Both the position numbers and the translations under genes were made by a program. The notes below the pieces were generated by a model, which worked only from the letters and a program-made list of their open reading frames with translations, did not search any database and had not been told where the DNA came from. A stretch of DNA of 32,000 nucleotides from Pasteurella multocida (GTDB lineage: Bacteria; Pseudomonadota; Gammaproteobacteria; Enterobacterales; Pasteurellaceae): contig NZ_LT906458.1 in assembly GCF_900187275.1 (NCBI RefSeq), positions 1,110,001 to 1,142,000 of the forward strand, in the 5' to 3' direction. How positions within the stretch are numbered: position 1 is the stretch's first letter; each line of letters opens with the position of its first letter. This document shows positions 9,086-20,354 of this stretch, piece after piece.

Positions 9086-10936
9086 ATGTTAAATCGTTAC
9101 CCTCTTTGGAAGAACCTAATGGTGATCCTCGTGATCGCCATTGGCGTTTTATACTCTCTTCCAAATCTTTATGGTGAAGATCCCGCAGTGCAAATTTCTG
9201 GCACCCGAGGACAAGAAGCCAATGCTCAAATATTTAGTGAAGTCCAAACTTTATTAAATCAAAACAACTTAGAAACTAAATCGATTATTCTAGAAAATGG
9301 CTCTATTCTTGCTCGTTTTCATAATACCGATGATCAATTACTTGCCAAAGATAAACTGTCTGAAAAATTAGGTAATGGCTATTCTGTTGCCTTAAACCTT
9401 GCGCCGGCAACACCGAAGTGGCTCACTTCAGTTGGCGCTTATCCGATGAAATGGGGATTAGACTTACGTGGTGGTGTCCGCTTCTTAATGGAAGTGGATA
9501 TGAAATCGGCTTTACATAAACGTCAAGAACAATTACAAGACAACCTGCGTACCCAATTACGTAAAGAAAAATATCAGTATACGGGGATTAAATCTGCTGA
9601 AAATTTCAGTACGCTCGTCACCTTATTAAAACCAGAACAACTGGATGAGGTACAACGTTTTTTACGTAAACAGCATCATAATTTAGAGATTAAAAGCGTT
9701 TCAGACAATACCTTAGCGTTAACCCTTTCTGAAGCCGCACTCAATGAATCTCGTGAAAGTGCTATTGAGCAAAACTTGACGATTTTACGTAAACGTGTGT
9801 CTGAATTGGGTGTGTCTGAAGCAGTGATTCAACGTCAAGGCGCTGAACGTATTGTGGTTGAGTTACCTGGTGTACAAGATACCGCGCGTGCGAAAGAAAT
9901 CCTAGGCGCAACCGCGACGTTGGAATTCCGTTTAGTCAATGAAAATGTCAATCTTGATTCGGCAACACGCGGCTTTGTACCAAATGATTCAGAAGTAAAA
10001 TTGGATCGCAATGGTCGCCCAGTTGTCCTGTATAAACGTGCCGTACTCGGTGGTGAACATATTACTAACGCCAGTTCAGGGCTAGATCAACAAACTTCCC
10101 GTCCGCAAGTCAGCGTGACCTTAGACAGTGAAGGTGGCGAGATCATGTCACAAGCTACCCGTTTGAATCTGAAAAAACCGATGGCGACGTTATATGTTGA
10201 ATATAAAGACAGCGGTAAGAAAGATGAAAATGGCAAAGCGATCTTAGAAAAACACGAGGAAGTCATTAACGTCGCGACGATTCAAGGCCGTTTTGGTAGC
10301 CAATTCCAAATTACCGGCATTGATAGCCCTGCAGAAGCGTTAAATCTTGCAGTGTTACTCCGTTCTGGTGCCTTAATTGCCCCCATTCAAATTGTCGAAG
10401 AACGCACGATTGGACCCTCACTGGGGGCTGAAAACGTACGCCAAGGTTTAGAGGCCAGTTTCTGGGGCTTACTCGCCGTCATTATTTTCATGACACTTTA
10501 CTATCGTAAATTTGGTTTGATCGCTAATATTGCGTTGATTGCGAATATTGTTTTAGTGGTTGGTTTAATGTCATTACTGCCGGGCGCCACCTTGTCAATG
10601 CCAGGAATTGCTGGGATCGTACTATCCGTTGGGATGTCCATTGATGCTAACGTACTGATCTTTGAACGTATTAAAGAAGAAATCCGTAATGGTAGACCTA
10701 TTCAGCAAGCCATTCACGAAGGCTATTCTGGCGCATTCACCAGTATTTTTGATGCAAACTTAACCACTATTCTCACCTCCGTGATTCTTTATGCCGTGGG
10801 TGCAGGTCCGGTGAAAGGCTTTGCAATTACACTTGCCCTTGGGGTAGGGATTTCCATGTTTACCGCCATTGTCGGCACACGTGCAATCGTCAACTTCTTG
10901 TACGGCGGTAAACGTATAAACAAATTGTCAATTTAG
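9086..10936 (+). CDS. secD: Protein translocase subunit SecD
   Basis: 616 aa. MLNRYPLWKNLMV, GLDLRGGVRFLMEVD, and the LIFERIKEEIRNGR region. Confidence 0.98.
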   Translation: MLNRYPLWKNLMVILVIAIGVLYSLPNLYGEDPAVQISGTRGQEANAQIFSEVQTLLNQNNLETKSIILENGSILARFHNTDDQLLAKDKLSEKLGNGYSVALNLAPATPKWLTSVGAYPMKWGLDLRGGVRFLMEVDMKSALHKRQEQLQDNLRTQLRKEKYQYTGIKSAENFSTLVTLLKPEQLDEVQRFLRKQHHNLEIKSVSDNTLALTLSEAALNESRESAIEQNLTILRKRVSELGVSEAVIQRQGAERIVVELPGVQDTARAKEILGATATLEFRLVNENVNLDSATRGFVPNDSEVKLDRNGRPVVLYKRAVLGGEHITNASSGLDQQTSRPQVSVTLDSEGGEIMSQATRLNLKKPMATLYVEYKDSGKKDENGKAILEKHEEVINVATIQGRFGSQFQITGIDSPAEALNLAVLLRSGALIAPIQIVEERTIGPSLGAENVRQGLEASFWGLLAVIIFMTLYYRKFGLIANIALIANIVLVVGLMSLLPGATLSMPGIAGIVLSVGMSIDANVLIFERIKEEIRNGRPIQQAIHEGYSGAFTSIFDANLTTILTSVILYAVGAGPVKGFAITLALGVGISMFTAIVGTRAIVNFLYGGKRINKLSI

Positions 10937-10946
10937 CGAGGATATT

Positions 10947-11918
10947 GTGAGTTTATTTACAGATAAAAAAGATGCGCCTGAATTGAGCAATATTAAACTA
11001 CCCTATCGCTTAATTCACTTTATGGCTCACCGTAAATGGGGCTATCTACTTTCGATTTTAGTCATTGTTGCGTCACTCTTTTTCATCGTGACCAAAGGCT
11101 TTAACTGGGGGCTCGACTTTACCGGTGGAACAGTCATTGACATGAGCTTTTCTCAGCCTGCCGAATTAGATAAAGTTCGCCTCACTCTTGAGCAAAAAGG
11201 TATTCAAGGGGCGATTGTACAAAACTCAGGTAGTGTGCGCGATATTATTATTCGTTTACCTGCCGCGATCAGTGATGCCAATATTGGTAACAATATTAAA
11301 GAACTGTTTGCTGCGACGGTAGATAAAAATGTCACTGTACACAGTATTGAGTTTGTGGGACCAAACGTAGGTGAAGAATTAACCCAATCTGCGATTTATG
11401 CGACCTTAGCGACCTTATTGATGTTATTAGTTTATATCGGTATGCGCTTTGAATGGCGTCTAGCATTAGGGGCGGTTGCTTCATTAGCGCATGATGTGTT
11501 GGTAACGCTTGGACTCTTTTCTTTACTGCAAATTGAAATGAACCTCACCTTTGTGGCAGCGATTCTCACTGTGGTAGGTTATTCACTCAATGACAGTATT
11601 GTCGTCTTTGACCGTGTACGAGAAAACATCCGTAAAATTAGACGAACAGATGTTTTAGATATTATCAATATATCGCTGTCGCAAACGTTATCAAGAACTT
11701 TAATGACCTCCGCGACAACCATTATCGTCGTGGTTTCCTTGTTATTATTCGGTGGACCGAGTATTCACAGTTTTTCCGTTGCGTTATTAATTGGGATTGG
11801 TTTTGGTACCTACTCCTCTATTTTCGTGGCAATTGCGCTTGCTTATGACTTAGGCTTGAAACGCGAACACATGTTGCCACCGAAAGTGGATAACGATGCT
11901 CTTGATGAACTCCCTTAA
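10947..11918 (+). CDS. secF: Protein translocase subunit SecF (GTG start)
   Basis: 323 aa. FNWGLDFTGGTVIDM, VVGYSLNDSIVVFDRVRENIRK. Confidence 0.98.
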   Translation: MSLFTDKKDAPELSNIKLPYRLIHFMAHRKWGYLLSILVIVASLFFIVTKGFNWGLDFTGGTVIDMSFSQPAELDKVRLTLEQKGIQGAIVQNSGSVRDIIIRLPAAISDANIGNNIKELFAATVDKNVTVHSIEFVGPNVGEELTQSAIYATLATLLMLLVYIGMRFEWRLALGAVASLAHDVLVTLGLFSLLQIEMNLTFVAAILTVVGYSLNDSIVVFDRVRENIRKIRRTDVLDIINISLSQTLSRTLMTSATTIIVVVSLLLFGGPSIHSFSVALLIGIGFGTYSSIFVAIALAYDLGLKREHMLPPKVDNDALDELP

Positions 11919-11936
11919 GCGAACTTAACTAAGTGC

Positions 11937-11970
11937 GGTCTGAAATTGAAAAATTTCAGACCGTTTTTTT
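11937..11970 (+). terminator. Intrinsic terminator after secF
   Basis: ggtctgaaatt (11937-11947) / aatttcagacc (11952-11962), then a T-rich tail. Partly overlaps a USS aagtgcggt. Confidence 0.85.
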
Positions 11971-12057
11971 ATTTTGTCTATTTACGGCTATCAAAAGATT
12001 AAGGCAAAAAATAAGCGGTGATAAACACCGCTTATGTCGTTCTCAAGTAAAAGTCAA

Positions 12058-13320
12058 TTAAGCATAAACAGGAAGACGTTTACAAATTGCTAAGACTTTC
12101 TCTTTTGTCTGTGCAACCACTTGTGCTTCGTTGTCTTTACCCATCGCATCCAACACATCACACATCCAACCGGCTAATTCTGCCGATTCAGCTTCTTTAA
12201 AGCCACGACGGGTGATAGATGGTGTGCCGACACGGATACCTGAGGTCACAAATGGTTTTTGTGGATCGTTTGGTACCGCATTTTTGTTGACGGTAATGTT
12301 TGCACTGCCTAACGCAGCATCTGCTGCTTTACCGGTTAAACCGTGGCTAACTAAATCTACTAAGAATAAATGGTTTTCTGTGCCATTGGATACCACGTTA
12401 TAACCACGTTGTTTAAACACGTCCACCATGGCTTTCGCATTTTTCACCACTTGTTGTTGATACACTTTGTATTCAGGCTCAAGCGCTTCTTTAAAACAGA
12501 CCGCTTTTGCGGCGATCACATGCACTAACGGACCACCTTGGTTGGCAGGGAAAACAGAACTTTGTAATTTTTTATAAAGATCTTCATCTTTCGCAGCCGA
12601 TAGAATTAAACCACCACGAGGTCCCCCTAAGGTTTTGTGTGTGGTAGTAGTCACAACATGTGCATGTGGTAACGGACTTGGGTAAACACCTGCTGCAATC
12701 AGCCCTGCCACGTGCGCCATATCCACGAAAAGATACGCCCCCACTTCATCAGCGATTTCACGCATTTTCGCCCAATCCACTACTTGCGAATAGGCAGAGA
12801 AACCCGCCACGATCATTTTTGGCTTGCACTCTAAGGCTTTTTGACGCACATCTTCATAATCAATTAAACCTTCGGCAGTAATTCCATATTGTACTGCATT
12901 ATAGATTTTACCCGAAAAGCTCACTGATGCACCGTGCGTTAAGTGTCCCCCGTGTGCAAGGCTCATACCAAGAATAGTGTCATGTGGCTGTAATAAGGCA
13001 CCATACACTGCCGCGTTAGCTTGCGAACCCGAGTGGGGTTGTACGTTCACATAATCCGCATGAAATAACTCTTTTGCACGATCAATCGCTAATTGCTCAA
13101 CGATATCTGCATATTCACAACCACCATAATAACGTTTACCCGGGTAACCTTCCGCATATTTATTGGTAAATTGAGAACCCTGTGCTTCCATCACGCGTGG
13201 GCTGGCATAGTTTTCTGATGCAATTAATTCAATGTGTTCTTCTTGACGGCGATTTTCGTCTTGAATTGCCTGCCATAAAACCGGATCGTAATCAGCGATG
13301 TTCATACTTCTTTTTAACAT
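12058..13320 (-). CDS. glyA: Serine hydroxymethyltransferase
   Basis: 420 aa. [52 protein letters not shown]. Confidence 0.98.
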   Translation of the reverse strand: MLKRSMNIADYDPVLWQAIQDENRRQEEHIELIASENYASPRVMEAQGSQFTNKYAEGYPGKRYYGGCEYADIVEQLAIDRAKELFHADYVNVQPHSGSQANAAVYGALLQPHDTILGMSLAHGGHLTHGASVSFSGKIYNAVQYGITAEGLIDYEDVRQKALECKPKMIVAGFSAYSQVVDWAKMREIADEVGAYLFVDMAHVAGLIAAGVYPSPLPHAHVVTTTTHKTLGGPRGGLILSAAKDEDLYKKLQSSVFPANQGGPLVHVIAAKAVCFKEALEPEYKVYQQQVVKNAKAMVDVFKQRGYNVVSNGTENHLFLVDLVSHGLTGKAADAALGSANITVNKNAVPNDPQKPFVTSGIRVGTPSITRRGFKEAESAELAGWMCDVLDAMGKDNEAQVVAQTKEKVLAICKRLPVYA

Positions 13321-13447
13321 TATGATGTCCTCTTTTAAGTAAAGATGATGGTGAATTTGTTTAGTGTACTCGTTTACACGCTATTTTTTAATGAAAATGT
13401 TGTGGGAATTTTTTCATTTTTATAATGAAAAAAATTCATCATGCCAA

Positions 13448-14737
13448 TTAAGCGTTATTTTTCTCTCTTGCCACCGCACGATAACCAATATCACGGCGAT
13501 AAAAACGTCCTGTCCATTTCACTTGTTCAGCCAGTGCCAGTGCTTGTTGTTGCGCATCGTAAACGGTGTCGCCTAATGCCGTCACGCACACAACACGTCC
13601 CCCATTGGTGACTAATTTGCCGTCTTTATTTTCCACGCCGGCTAAAAAAACTTTTTGATTTTCGACCGCACTTTCAATGCCCGTGATTTCATCACCTTTG
13701 CGATAATCGCCTGGGTAACTTTCCGCTGCAAGCACGATACCCAGTGACGCTTGCTCACACCATTGCGATTTTTTCTGATCTAATTTACCGTCACATGCCG
13801 CAAGACAAAGTTCCACTAAATCAGATTCTAAACGTAGCATAATTGGTTGAGTTTCAGGATCACCAAAACGGCAGTTAAATTCGATAACCTTTGGTTGACC
13901 ATTTGGCATAATCATCAAGCCAGCATAAAGGAATCCGGTATAAATATTCCCTTCGGCTGCCATACCATTTACCGTTGGATAAATCACTTGCTGCATAATA
14001 CGCTCATGAATCTCTGGCGTCACAACTGGTGCAGGCGAATACGCGCCCATGCCACCTGTATTTAAACCCGTGTCATTCTCGCCAACACGTTTATGGTCTT
14101 GACTGGTTGCCATCGGCTCCACATTTTTACCGTCCACCATCACGATGAAACTGGCTTCTTCGCCGTCTAAAAATTCTTCAATGACTACTCGGCTACCCGC
14201 CTCACCAAAGGCATTGCCTGAAAGCATCTCTTTCACTGCGGCTTCTGCTTCGTCTAAGGTCATTGCCACAATCACCCCTTTCCCTGCAGCAAGTCCATCG
14301 GCTTTCACCACAATTGGTGCACCTTTTTCACGTAAATAGGCAAGCGCAGGTTCCACTTCTGTAAAGTTTTGGTATTCCGCCGTTGGAATGTGATGACGAG
14401 CTAAGAAATCTTTCGTAAAAGCTTTTGAACCTTCTAATTGTGCGGCTGCTTTGGTTGGTCCGAAAATTTTCAACCCTGCCGCACGGAATGCATCAACTAC
14501 ACCAATGACCAATGGGGCTTCCGGTCCAACAATGGTTAAGCCAATATGGTTTGCTTGTGCAAATGCCACTAATTTTTCCACATCGGTAGCGGAAATCGCA
14601 ACATTTTCCACTTTCTCTTCTAATGCAGTTCCTGCATTGCCCGGTGCAACAAACACTTTCTCTGCCATTGGTGACTGCGCGACTTTCCAAGCCAAAGCAT
14701 GTTCACGACCGCCATTTCCAATAATCAAAATATTCAT
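13448..14737 (-). CDS. purD: Phosphoribosylamine--glycine ligase
   Basis: 429 aa. MNILIIGNGGREHALAWK, ATP-grasp motifs, TGLNTGGMGAYSPAP. Confidence 0.98.
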   Translation of the reverse strand: MNILIIGNGGREHALAWKVAQSPMAEKVFVAPGNAGTALEEKVENVAISATDVEKLVAFAQANHIGLTIVGPEAPLVIGVVDAFRAAGLKIFGPTKAAAQLEGSKAFTKDFLARHHIPTAEYQNFTEVEPALAYLREKGAPIVVKADGLAAGKGVIVAMTLDEAEAAVKEMLSGNAFGEAGSRVVIEEFLDGEEASFIVMVDGKNVEPMATSQDHKRVGENDTGLNTGGMGAYSPAPVVTPEIHERIMQQVIYPTVNGMAAEGNIYTGFLYAGLMIMPNGQPKVIEFNCRFGDPETQPIMLRLESDLVELCLAACDGKLDQKKSQWCEQASLGIVLAAESYPGDYRKGDEITGIESAVENQKVFLAGVENKDGKLVTNGGRVVCVTALGDTVYDAQQQALALAEQVKWTGRFYRRDIGYRAVAREKNNA

Positions 14738-14739
14738 AT

Positions 14740-16326
14740 TTATTCCTTTTTGAAACGATTTTTAGGTATAAAAAATGCAGGTGGCTGATTGGCTTGTACT
14801 TCTAAATAACCTGAATCACCCGTTAAAATCAATGAATTAATTACCCCATGTTGACAATCTGAAATCGGCATATCATATCCCAACATCTTGATAATGAATG
14901 TCGATAATTGTTGATGAAACAGTCTGTCGCAGGCTAAAAACGGTCGTTGTAGCTGCTGCAACGCTGTATTTTCGGTATAAGTCATTATCGGCACTAAGTA
15001 ATTTGCTTCTTTTGCTGTACCTTGGTTATACACTTGGTTTGACACAAACTGCCCATGATCCGATGTGTAAATTAATACCCAGTCATCATGATGTTGTTTG
15101 AGCTGCTTAAAAACTTTTTCAATAAACTGATCCGTATTGTAAAGCGTGCTGTCATAATTATCTAATGGCGTGTTTTCTTTAAATGCTTTTTCTTCTTCCG
15201 ATAAATAATATGCATAGGGTGCGTGAGACCCTCTTTGATGTAACACGATAAAATGATTCCCTTCACTCAAATCTATTTGTTCAAATAAAGGGAGAAGGGC
15301 ATGATCATGCATTCCCTCTGAACGTTTATAGCCGATATCACTCGGGAAAAGTAAATGATCAACCCAGGTTTTCCCCATGATACTCATGATCATCATTTGG
15401 TTTTCAGGCTGCGCTGAATAAAAATAGGTCTGATAGCCTCGTTCTTTCGCTAAACGGAACAAGTTTGTTCTGCCACTAACAATTTGTTCTAGACCATTTG
15501 GACGAGGAATCGCATTAAAAAAAGCAGGCAATGAAATAGCCGTACCTAACCCAGCAGAATAGGCTGGTTTCAATAGCGTTTCTGCCGGTGCATTTTTGAC
15601 TAACTGATCCAAAAATGGCATGGTTTGCCTTTCGTAGCCAAACGTCCCTACATTGCTCGCACTCAAACTTTCCCCCATAATTAGGACAATATTTTTTGCC
15701 ATGGTAGGCTGTGTCATATTAGGTTTATCTCGATAATACACAGACACATTACTCAAATTAAAGAGATCATAAGGCAGTGTTTTACCAATAAAGTAACCAA
15801 AGGCGAAAAAGTTGGCTTTAATTCTCGAATATCCAGGATTAGAGGTGATCCCTAACTCTTGATTGGTATAAAAAGAACGCACAAAGATATAGCCCATCAC
15901 CAAGATAAACGAAATATCAGCCACCCAATGCGTTTTTTGCCTAAAACGCGATATGGAAATAAAAATCAGGATATCTAGCGCCCCCCAAATAATGCCACCG
16001 GCAAGTTTGTCTAACATATGTAAACCGGCATGGGTGACTTCCCAATATTCTTTAAACATTAGTAGATAATTCGTGCCATTAATCCAGTTTTGATAAACCT
16101 CATAATGCACGTTATTAATCAACGTACTACAAGAAAAGAATAAAGCGATAAAAAAGCGTGATACCCTATATTTAGAAAAATAAAATAATGAAAGGACAAC
16201 AAAGATAATCAGAAAACTTTCACTAATACGGTATAAGCTATTAATCTTGAAAAAATAACGATAAAGTATTTCGCTCAATAGCAAAACGGCGGAATAGCCC
16301 AATAAAATAAAAAGACTTTTTTTCAT
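14740..16326 (-). CDS. Sulfatase-domain phosphoethanolamine transferase-like membrane enzyme
   Basis: 528 aa. Five N-terminal hydrophobic segments, then NIVLIMGESLSASNVGTFGYERQTMPFLDQL and VLIYTSDHGQFV. Confidence 0.82.
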   Translation of the reverse strand: MKKSLFILLGYSAVLLLSEILYRYFFKINSLYRISESFLIIFVVLSLFYFSKYRVSRFFIALFFSCSTLINNVHYEVYQNWINGTNYLLMFKEYWEVTHAGLHMLDKLAGGIIWGALDILIFISISRFRQKTHWVADISFILVMGYIFVRSFYTNQELGITSNPGYSRIKANFFAFGYFIGKTLPYDLFNLSNVSVYYRDKPNMTQPTMAKNIVLIMGESLSASNVGTFGYERQTMPFLDQLVKNAPAETLLKPAYSAGLGTAISLPAFFNAIPRPNGLEQIVSGRTNLFRLAKERGYQTYFYSAQPENQMMIMSIMGKTWVDHLLFPSDIGYKRSEGMHDHALLPLFEQIDLSEGNHFIVLHQRGSHAPYAYYLSEEEKAFKENTPLDNYDSTLYNTDQFIEKVFKQLKQHHDDWVLIYTSDHGQFVSNQVYNQGTAKEANYLVPIMTYTENTALQQLQRPFLACDRLFHQQLSTFIIKMLGYDMPISDCQHGVINSLILTGDSGYLEVQANQPPAFFIPKNRFKKE

Positions 16327-16364
16327 CCTGATTTACCTTAATGTCAAAAATGACATTGCACATC

Positions 16365-17966
16365 CTAGTGTCTAAAGTGACGCATTCCGGTCAATACCAT
16401 CACCATATTATGTTCATCGGCGGCGTCGATCACTTCTTGATCACGCATTGAACCACCTGGATGAATCACGCATTGAATCCCTACTTTGGCAGCAGCATCA
16501 ATTCCATCACGGAATGGGAAGAACGCATCAGACGCCATCACACAACCTGCCACATCCAGTCCTTCATCTTGCGCTTTAATGCCCGCAATTTTAGCCGAAT
16601 AGACACGGCTCATTTGCCCCGCACCAATACCAATAGTTTGGTTATCTTTGGCATATACGATGGCATTCGATTTAACAAATTTCGCCACTTTCCAGCAGAA
16701 TAACAAATCTTTTAATTCTTGCTCTGTCGGCTGACGTTTGCTCACCACTTTTAAGTCAGCTAAATCGACCATGCCTAAATCAGCTTCTTGAACCAATAAA
16801 CCGCCATTGACACGCTTTACATCTAGGCGTTGTTGCGTACCTGACCACTCACCACATTCTAACACTCGCACATTTTTCTTTGCTTTCAATAAAGCTTTTG
16901 CCTCTTCAGCAACCATTGGTGCAATAATCACTTCCACGAATTGACGATCAATAATCGTTTGCGCAGTGGTGGCATCTAACTCACGGTTAAAGGCAATAAT
17001 GCCACCGAAAGCGGAAGTCGGGTCAGTCTGATAAGCCCGGTTATAAGCCGCCAAAATGTCTGCGCCTAATGCCACACCACAAGGATTGGCGTGTTTCACA
17101 ATGACACAAGCCGGCTCATCAAAGCTTTTCACACATTCAAGCGCAGCATCGGTATCAGCGATATTGTTATAAGAAAGGGCTTTACCTTGTAATTGTTTTG
17201 CGGTGGATACAGAAGCTTCTTTTACGTCTTGCTCCACATAAAAAGCGGCTTTTTGATGCCCATTCTCACCATAACGCATGGTTTGTTTACGGATAAAGTT
17301 TAAATTTAAAGTACGTGGAAACTGACCGCACTTCGCCTCGGCATCTTCTTCCTCTGCAACAAAATAAGGTTTGACTAATTGACCAAAATAGTTCGCAATC
17401 ATGGCATCATATTGTGCCGTATGTTCAAACGCTTTAATCGCAAGATCAAAGCGAGTTTCCAACGTTAGGCTATTTTGGTGTTGATCCATTTCAGCCAGAA
17501 TCGCGTTGAAATCGCTATTATTAACGACAATTGCAACATCTTGATGATTTTTCGCGGCTGAGCGCACCATTGTTGGTCCGCCAATATCAATATTTTCCAC
17601 GGCATCTTCTAAACTGCAATTTGGTTTCGCAACCGTTGCAGCAAAAGGGTATAAATTCACCACCACCATATCGATACCTTCGATACCCTGTTGGCTCATC
17701 ACCTCATCATCTGTACCACGACGCCCTAAAATACCACCATGTACTTTGGGATGTAATGTCTTCACGCGTCCATCCATCATTTCTGGAAAGCCTGTGTAAT
17801 CTGAGACTTCTGTTACCGCTAAGCCGTGGTCAGCTAATAATTTGGCAGTACCACCTGTTGAAAGTAATTTCACACCACGTTGAACAAGAGCTTGAGCGAA
17901 CTCAACAATACCTGTTTTATCAGAAACACTCAGTAATGCTTGGCGAATAGGACGATTAGGTTGCAT
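16365..17966 (-). CDS. purH: Bifunctional AICAR formyltransferase/IMP cyclohydrolase
   Basis: 533 aa. [50 protein letters not shown]. Confidence 0.98.
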   Translation of the reverse strand: MQPNRPIRQALLSVSDKTGIVEFAQALVQRGVKLLSTGGTAKLLADHGLAVTEVSDYTGFPEMMDGRVKTLHPKVHGGILGRRGTDDEVMSQQGIEGIDMVVVNLYPFAATVAKPNCSLEDAVENIDIGGPTMVRSAAKNHQDVAIVVNNSDFNAILAEMDQHQNSLTLETRFDLAIKAFEHTAQYDAMIANYFGQLVKPYFVAEEEDAEAKCGQFPRTLNLNFIRKQTMRYGENGHQKAAFYVEQDVKEASVSTAKQLQGKALSYNNIADTDAALECVKSFDEPACVIVKHANPCGVALGADILAAYNRAYQTDPTSAFGGIIAFNRELDATTAQTIIDRQFVEVIIAPMVAEEAKALLKAKKNVRVLECGEWSGTQQRLDVKRVNGGLLVQEADLGMVDLADLKVVSKRQPTEQELKDLLFCWKVAKFVKSNAIVYAKDNQTIGIGAGQMSRVYSAKIAGIKAQDEGLDVAGCVMASDAFFPFRDGIDAAAKVGIQCVIHPGGSMRDQEVIDAADEHNMVMVLTGMRHFRH

Positions 17967-18017
17967 GGAAAATCCTTAAAATTAAGCGTTGAAAATAAGT
18001 CATAAAAGAAAGGTCGC

Positions 18018-18045
18018 ATTATAACGCAAACGTTTGCGCTTGTGT
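18018..18045 (-). promoter_or_regulatory. purH promoter with overlapping PurR operator
   Basis: Minus strand TTACAC-N18-TATAAT (-10 at 18018-18023). The spacer carries the palindrome CGCAAACGTTTGCG (18025-18038), matching PurR consensus ACGCAAACGTTTGCGT. Confidence 0.85.
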
Positions 18046-18138
18046 AACGATTTTCAATAAAAAAACAGCTTATTTCTCTCATCATAAAAATAAGCTGTAT
18101 TGTTTTAGCGCTCACAAAGATAAGAAGAAGCCTCTTCC

Positions 18139-19869
18139 TTATTGGCTAATTGGCTGAATAGACTTCATTTTTTGTAACCAATCCACAAAAGGGCTGGCTT
18201 GCATAAAACCTGTTATTCTTGAGCCTTCAATTTCCTGACCTTGTTGATTAAAGAAAATCAAGGTAGGCAAACCAATGACGTGAAGCTTTTGCATAAGTTC
18301 CCGATTCGCCTCACTGTTCTTCGTCATATCAACTTGTAAAAGTAAAACATCGGCAAATGCTTTCTGTACAGCAACATCGCTAAAGGTATGCGTTTCAAAC
18401 TCTTTACAGGCAACACACCAATCCGCATATAAATCTAACATCGCCAGAGAGTTAGGATTCTTGCTTAACACTTGTTGTAATTGGGCATAACTGGTAATGC
18501 GTTCAAATTGAGACAGAGAAGTCGTTTGATGTGCTGGCGTATATCGGTTCATTGCATAGCTATAATATAAATACCCCATTACACCAAGGATAAAAGTGAA
18601 TACCCATACCCCTTTATTATTTCTGAATTGATACAACAACCATAGCGAGAACGCAAACGCTAAACTGAACCATAATGGCATTTCGATTTCAGGAAACACA
18701 CGCGAAATTAAAAAGATCGGCAAGGCTAACAACACAAAACCAAACGCATTTTTCACTTGAATCATCCAATTACCTGATTTTGGCAAGATATTATTACCAA
18801 AGACAGTAATAAAAATGAGTGGTAAGCCCATCCCTAAGGCTAATAAATATAAGGTGATCGCACCGGTGAATAAATCACCACTTTGCGCCACATAAAGTAA
18901 TGCGCCGGATAATGGTGCAGAAGTGCAAGGTGACGCGACTAAGCCTGCAATCATTCCCATCACAAACACCCCACCAAATACCCCTGATTTCTGCTGCTGG
19001 CTATATTGGGTTAATTTGGTTTGCAAGCTAACAGGTAATTGCAAAGTGAATAGCCCAAACATAGATAAAGCGAGCAACACAAAAATCGCGGATAACGTTA
19101 ATAAGACATAAGGGCTTTGTAATGCCACTTGAAAAGGTAAACCAATCGCTGCCACAATTAAACCAAGCAAAGTATAAGTCAACGCCATCCCTTGTACATA
19201 CACAACGCTTAATCCGAACGCTTTGGCTGTACTCGGACGCTGTTCACGACCAATGACAATAGCTGATAATAAAGGCAGCATCGGCAAAACACAGGGAGTA
19301 AAAGCGAGTCCCAGACCAAACAAGAAAAACCAAAAGACCGCATATTTACTCTCGATCAACTTTGCAGCTAAACGATCTTGCTCTGCTAATGGTAGTTCAG
19401 AAAGTACACTCTCTTCTTTCAATACCGCGCTTGAAATTTGCCCAGATTCCCTCTCTAACGAGGTTAACGCAATCACTCGGGTTTCAGGTGGATAGCAAAA
19501 ACCTTCTGTGCAGCCTTGATAAGTAATTTCAACTTGTTTCGTCGCAGATAACTGAGTAAAAGGCAAAGAAAAGGTCAATTGATGACGATAAATCTCAACG
19601 TCACCAAAAAAATCATCTTGATGTATTTCCGCTAACGGCAGTTGAGGGATAAACAGTTGCCCATTCTCTCCTTTTATTTCAAGACTTTTTTTATACAGAT
19701 AATAACCAGAAGCAATATCCCAATTTAAAGATAGCCTGTCATTCTGCTGCCTTTCTGTGAAGACAAATGCTTGCTCCGCTTTCAAAAAGGCGTTTTTTTT
19801 ATCAAACACGCCCGCATTGACGGATAAACTTGTCCAAATTAAAAAGAAAATAAAAAATATTTTTTTCAT
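18139..19869 (-). CDS. dsbD: Thiol:disulfide interchange protein DsbD
   Basis: About 576 aa from MKKIFFIFF. LGLAFTPCVLPMLPLL, MAGLVASPCTSAPLSG, and LYADWCVACKEFE thioredoxin-like C-terminus. Confidence 0.97.
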   Translation of the reverse strand: MKKIFFIFFLIWTSLSVNAGVFDKKNAFLKAEQAFVFTERQQNDRLSLNWDIASGYYLYKKSLEIKGENGQLFIPQLPLAEIHQDDFFGDVEIYRHQLTFSLPFTQLSATKQVEITYQGCTEGFCYPPETRVIALTSLERESGQISSAVLKEESVLSELPLAEQDRLAAKLIESKYAVFWFFLFGLGLAFTPCVLPMLPLLSAIVIGREQRPSTAKAFGLSVVYVQGMALTYTLLGLIVAAIGLPFQVALQSPYVLLTLSAIFVLLALSMFGLFTLQLPVSLQTKLTQYSQQQKSGVFGGVFVMGMIAGLVASPCTSAPLSGALLYVAQSGDLFTGAITLYLLALGMGLPLIFITVFGNNILPKSGNWMIQVKNAFGFVLLALPIFLISRVFPEIEMPLWFSLAFAFSLWLLYQFRNNKGVWVFTFILGVMGYLYYSYAMNRYTPAHQTTSLSQFERITSYAQLQQVLSKNPNSLAMLDLYADWCVACKEFETHTFSDVAVQKAFADVLLLQVDMTKNSEANRELMQKLHVIGLPTLIFFNQQGQEIEGSRITGFMQASPFVDWLQKMKSIQPISQ

Positions 19870-20077
19870 AAGCAAAACCATGTCATTCCACGACAACATA
19901 AAATAATAAAAACGACTTATTTTTCATATTATTACAAACATTACAATCCGTTTATCTCTGTGACGGATTCTGAGATCACTTATTTTCCCATAAAAAATAA
20001 GTTTTGATAATTATTTCTATTTCATGTAGGATAGCCCCATTCGTTATTTTTCAGAAAAAAATAAGAGGCACGCCAAT

Positions 20078-20344
20078 ATGAAAAAAGGTATTCATCCAGA
20101 AAATTACCGTACTGTACTATTTTATGACTCAAATGCAAAGCAAGGTTTTTTAATTCGCTCTTGCGCCAGAACCACAACGACCATGAAATGGGAAGATGGT
20201 CATGAATATCCTGTCTTTATGTGTGATACCTCCTCAGCATCACACCCGTACTATACAGGTAAAACACGTCAAATTGCGAATGAAGGTCGTGCAAGCGACT
20301 TTGTCAATCGCTACGGCAAATTTGGCACATTAAAATCAAAATAA
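20078..20344 (+). CDS. rpmE2: 50S ribosomal protein L31 type B
   Basis: 88 aa. [29 protein letters not shown]...[19 protein letters not shown]. Confidence 0.95.
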   Translation: MKKGIHPENYRTVLFYDSNAKQGFLIRSCARTTTTMKWEDGHEYPVFMCDTSSASHPYYTGKTRQIANEGRASDFVNRYGKFGTLKSK

Positions 20345-20354
20345 GGACACGCCC

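Noticed and set aside
9086-11918. Operon anomalies in yajC-secD-secF
   Set aside because: Gene order, spacing and protein lengths are ordinary, and the GTG start of secF is unremarkable.
17531-17950. 139-aa plus-strand ORF inside purH
   Set aside because: Antisense of an intact purH with no independent start signal or recognisable domain.
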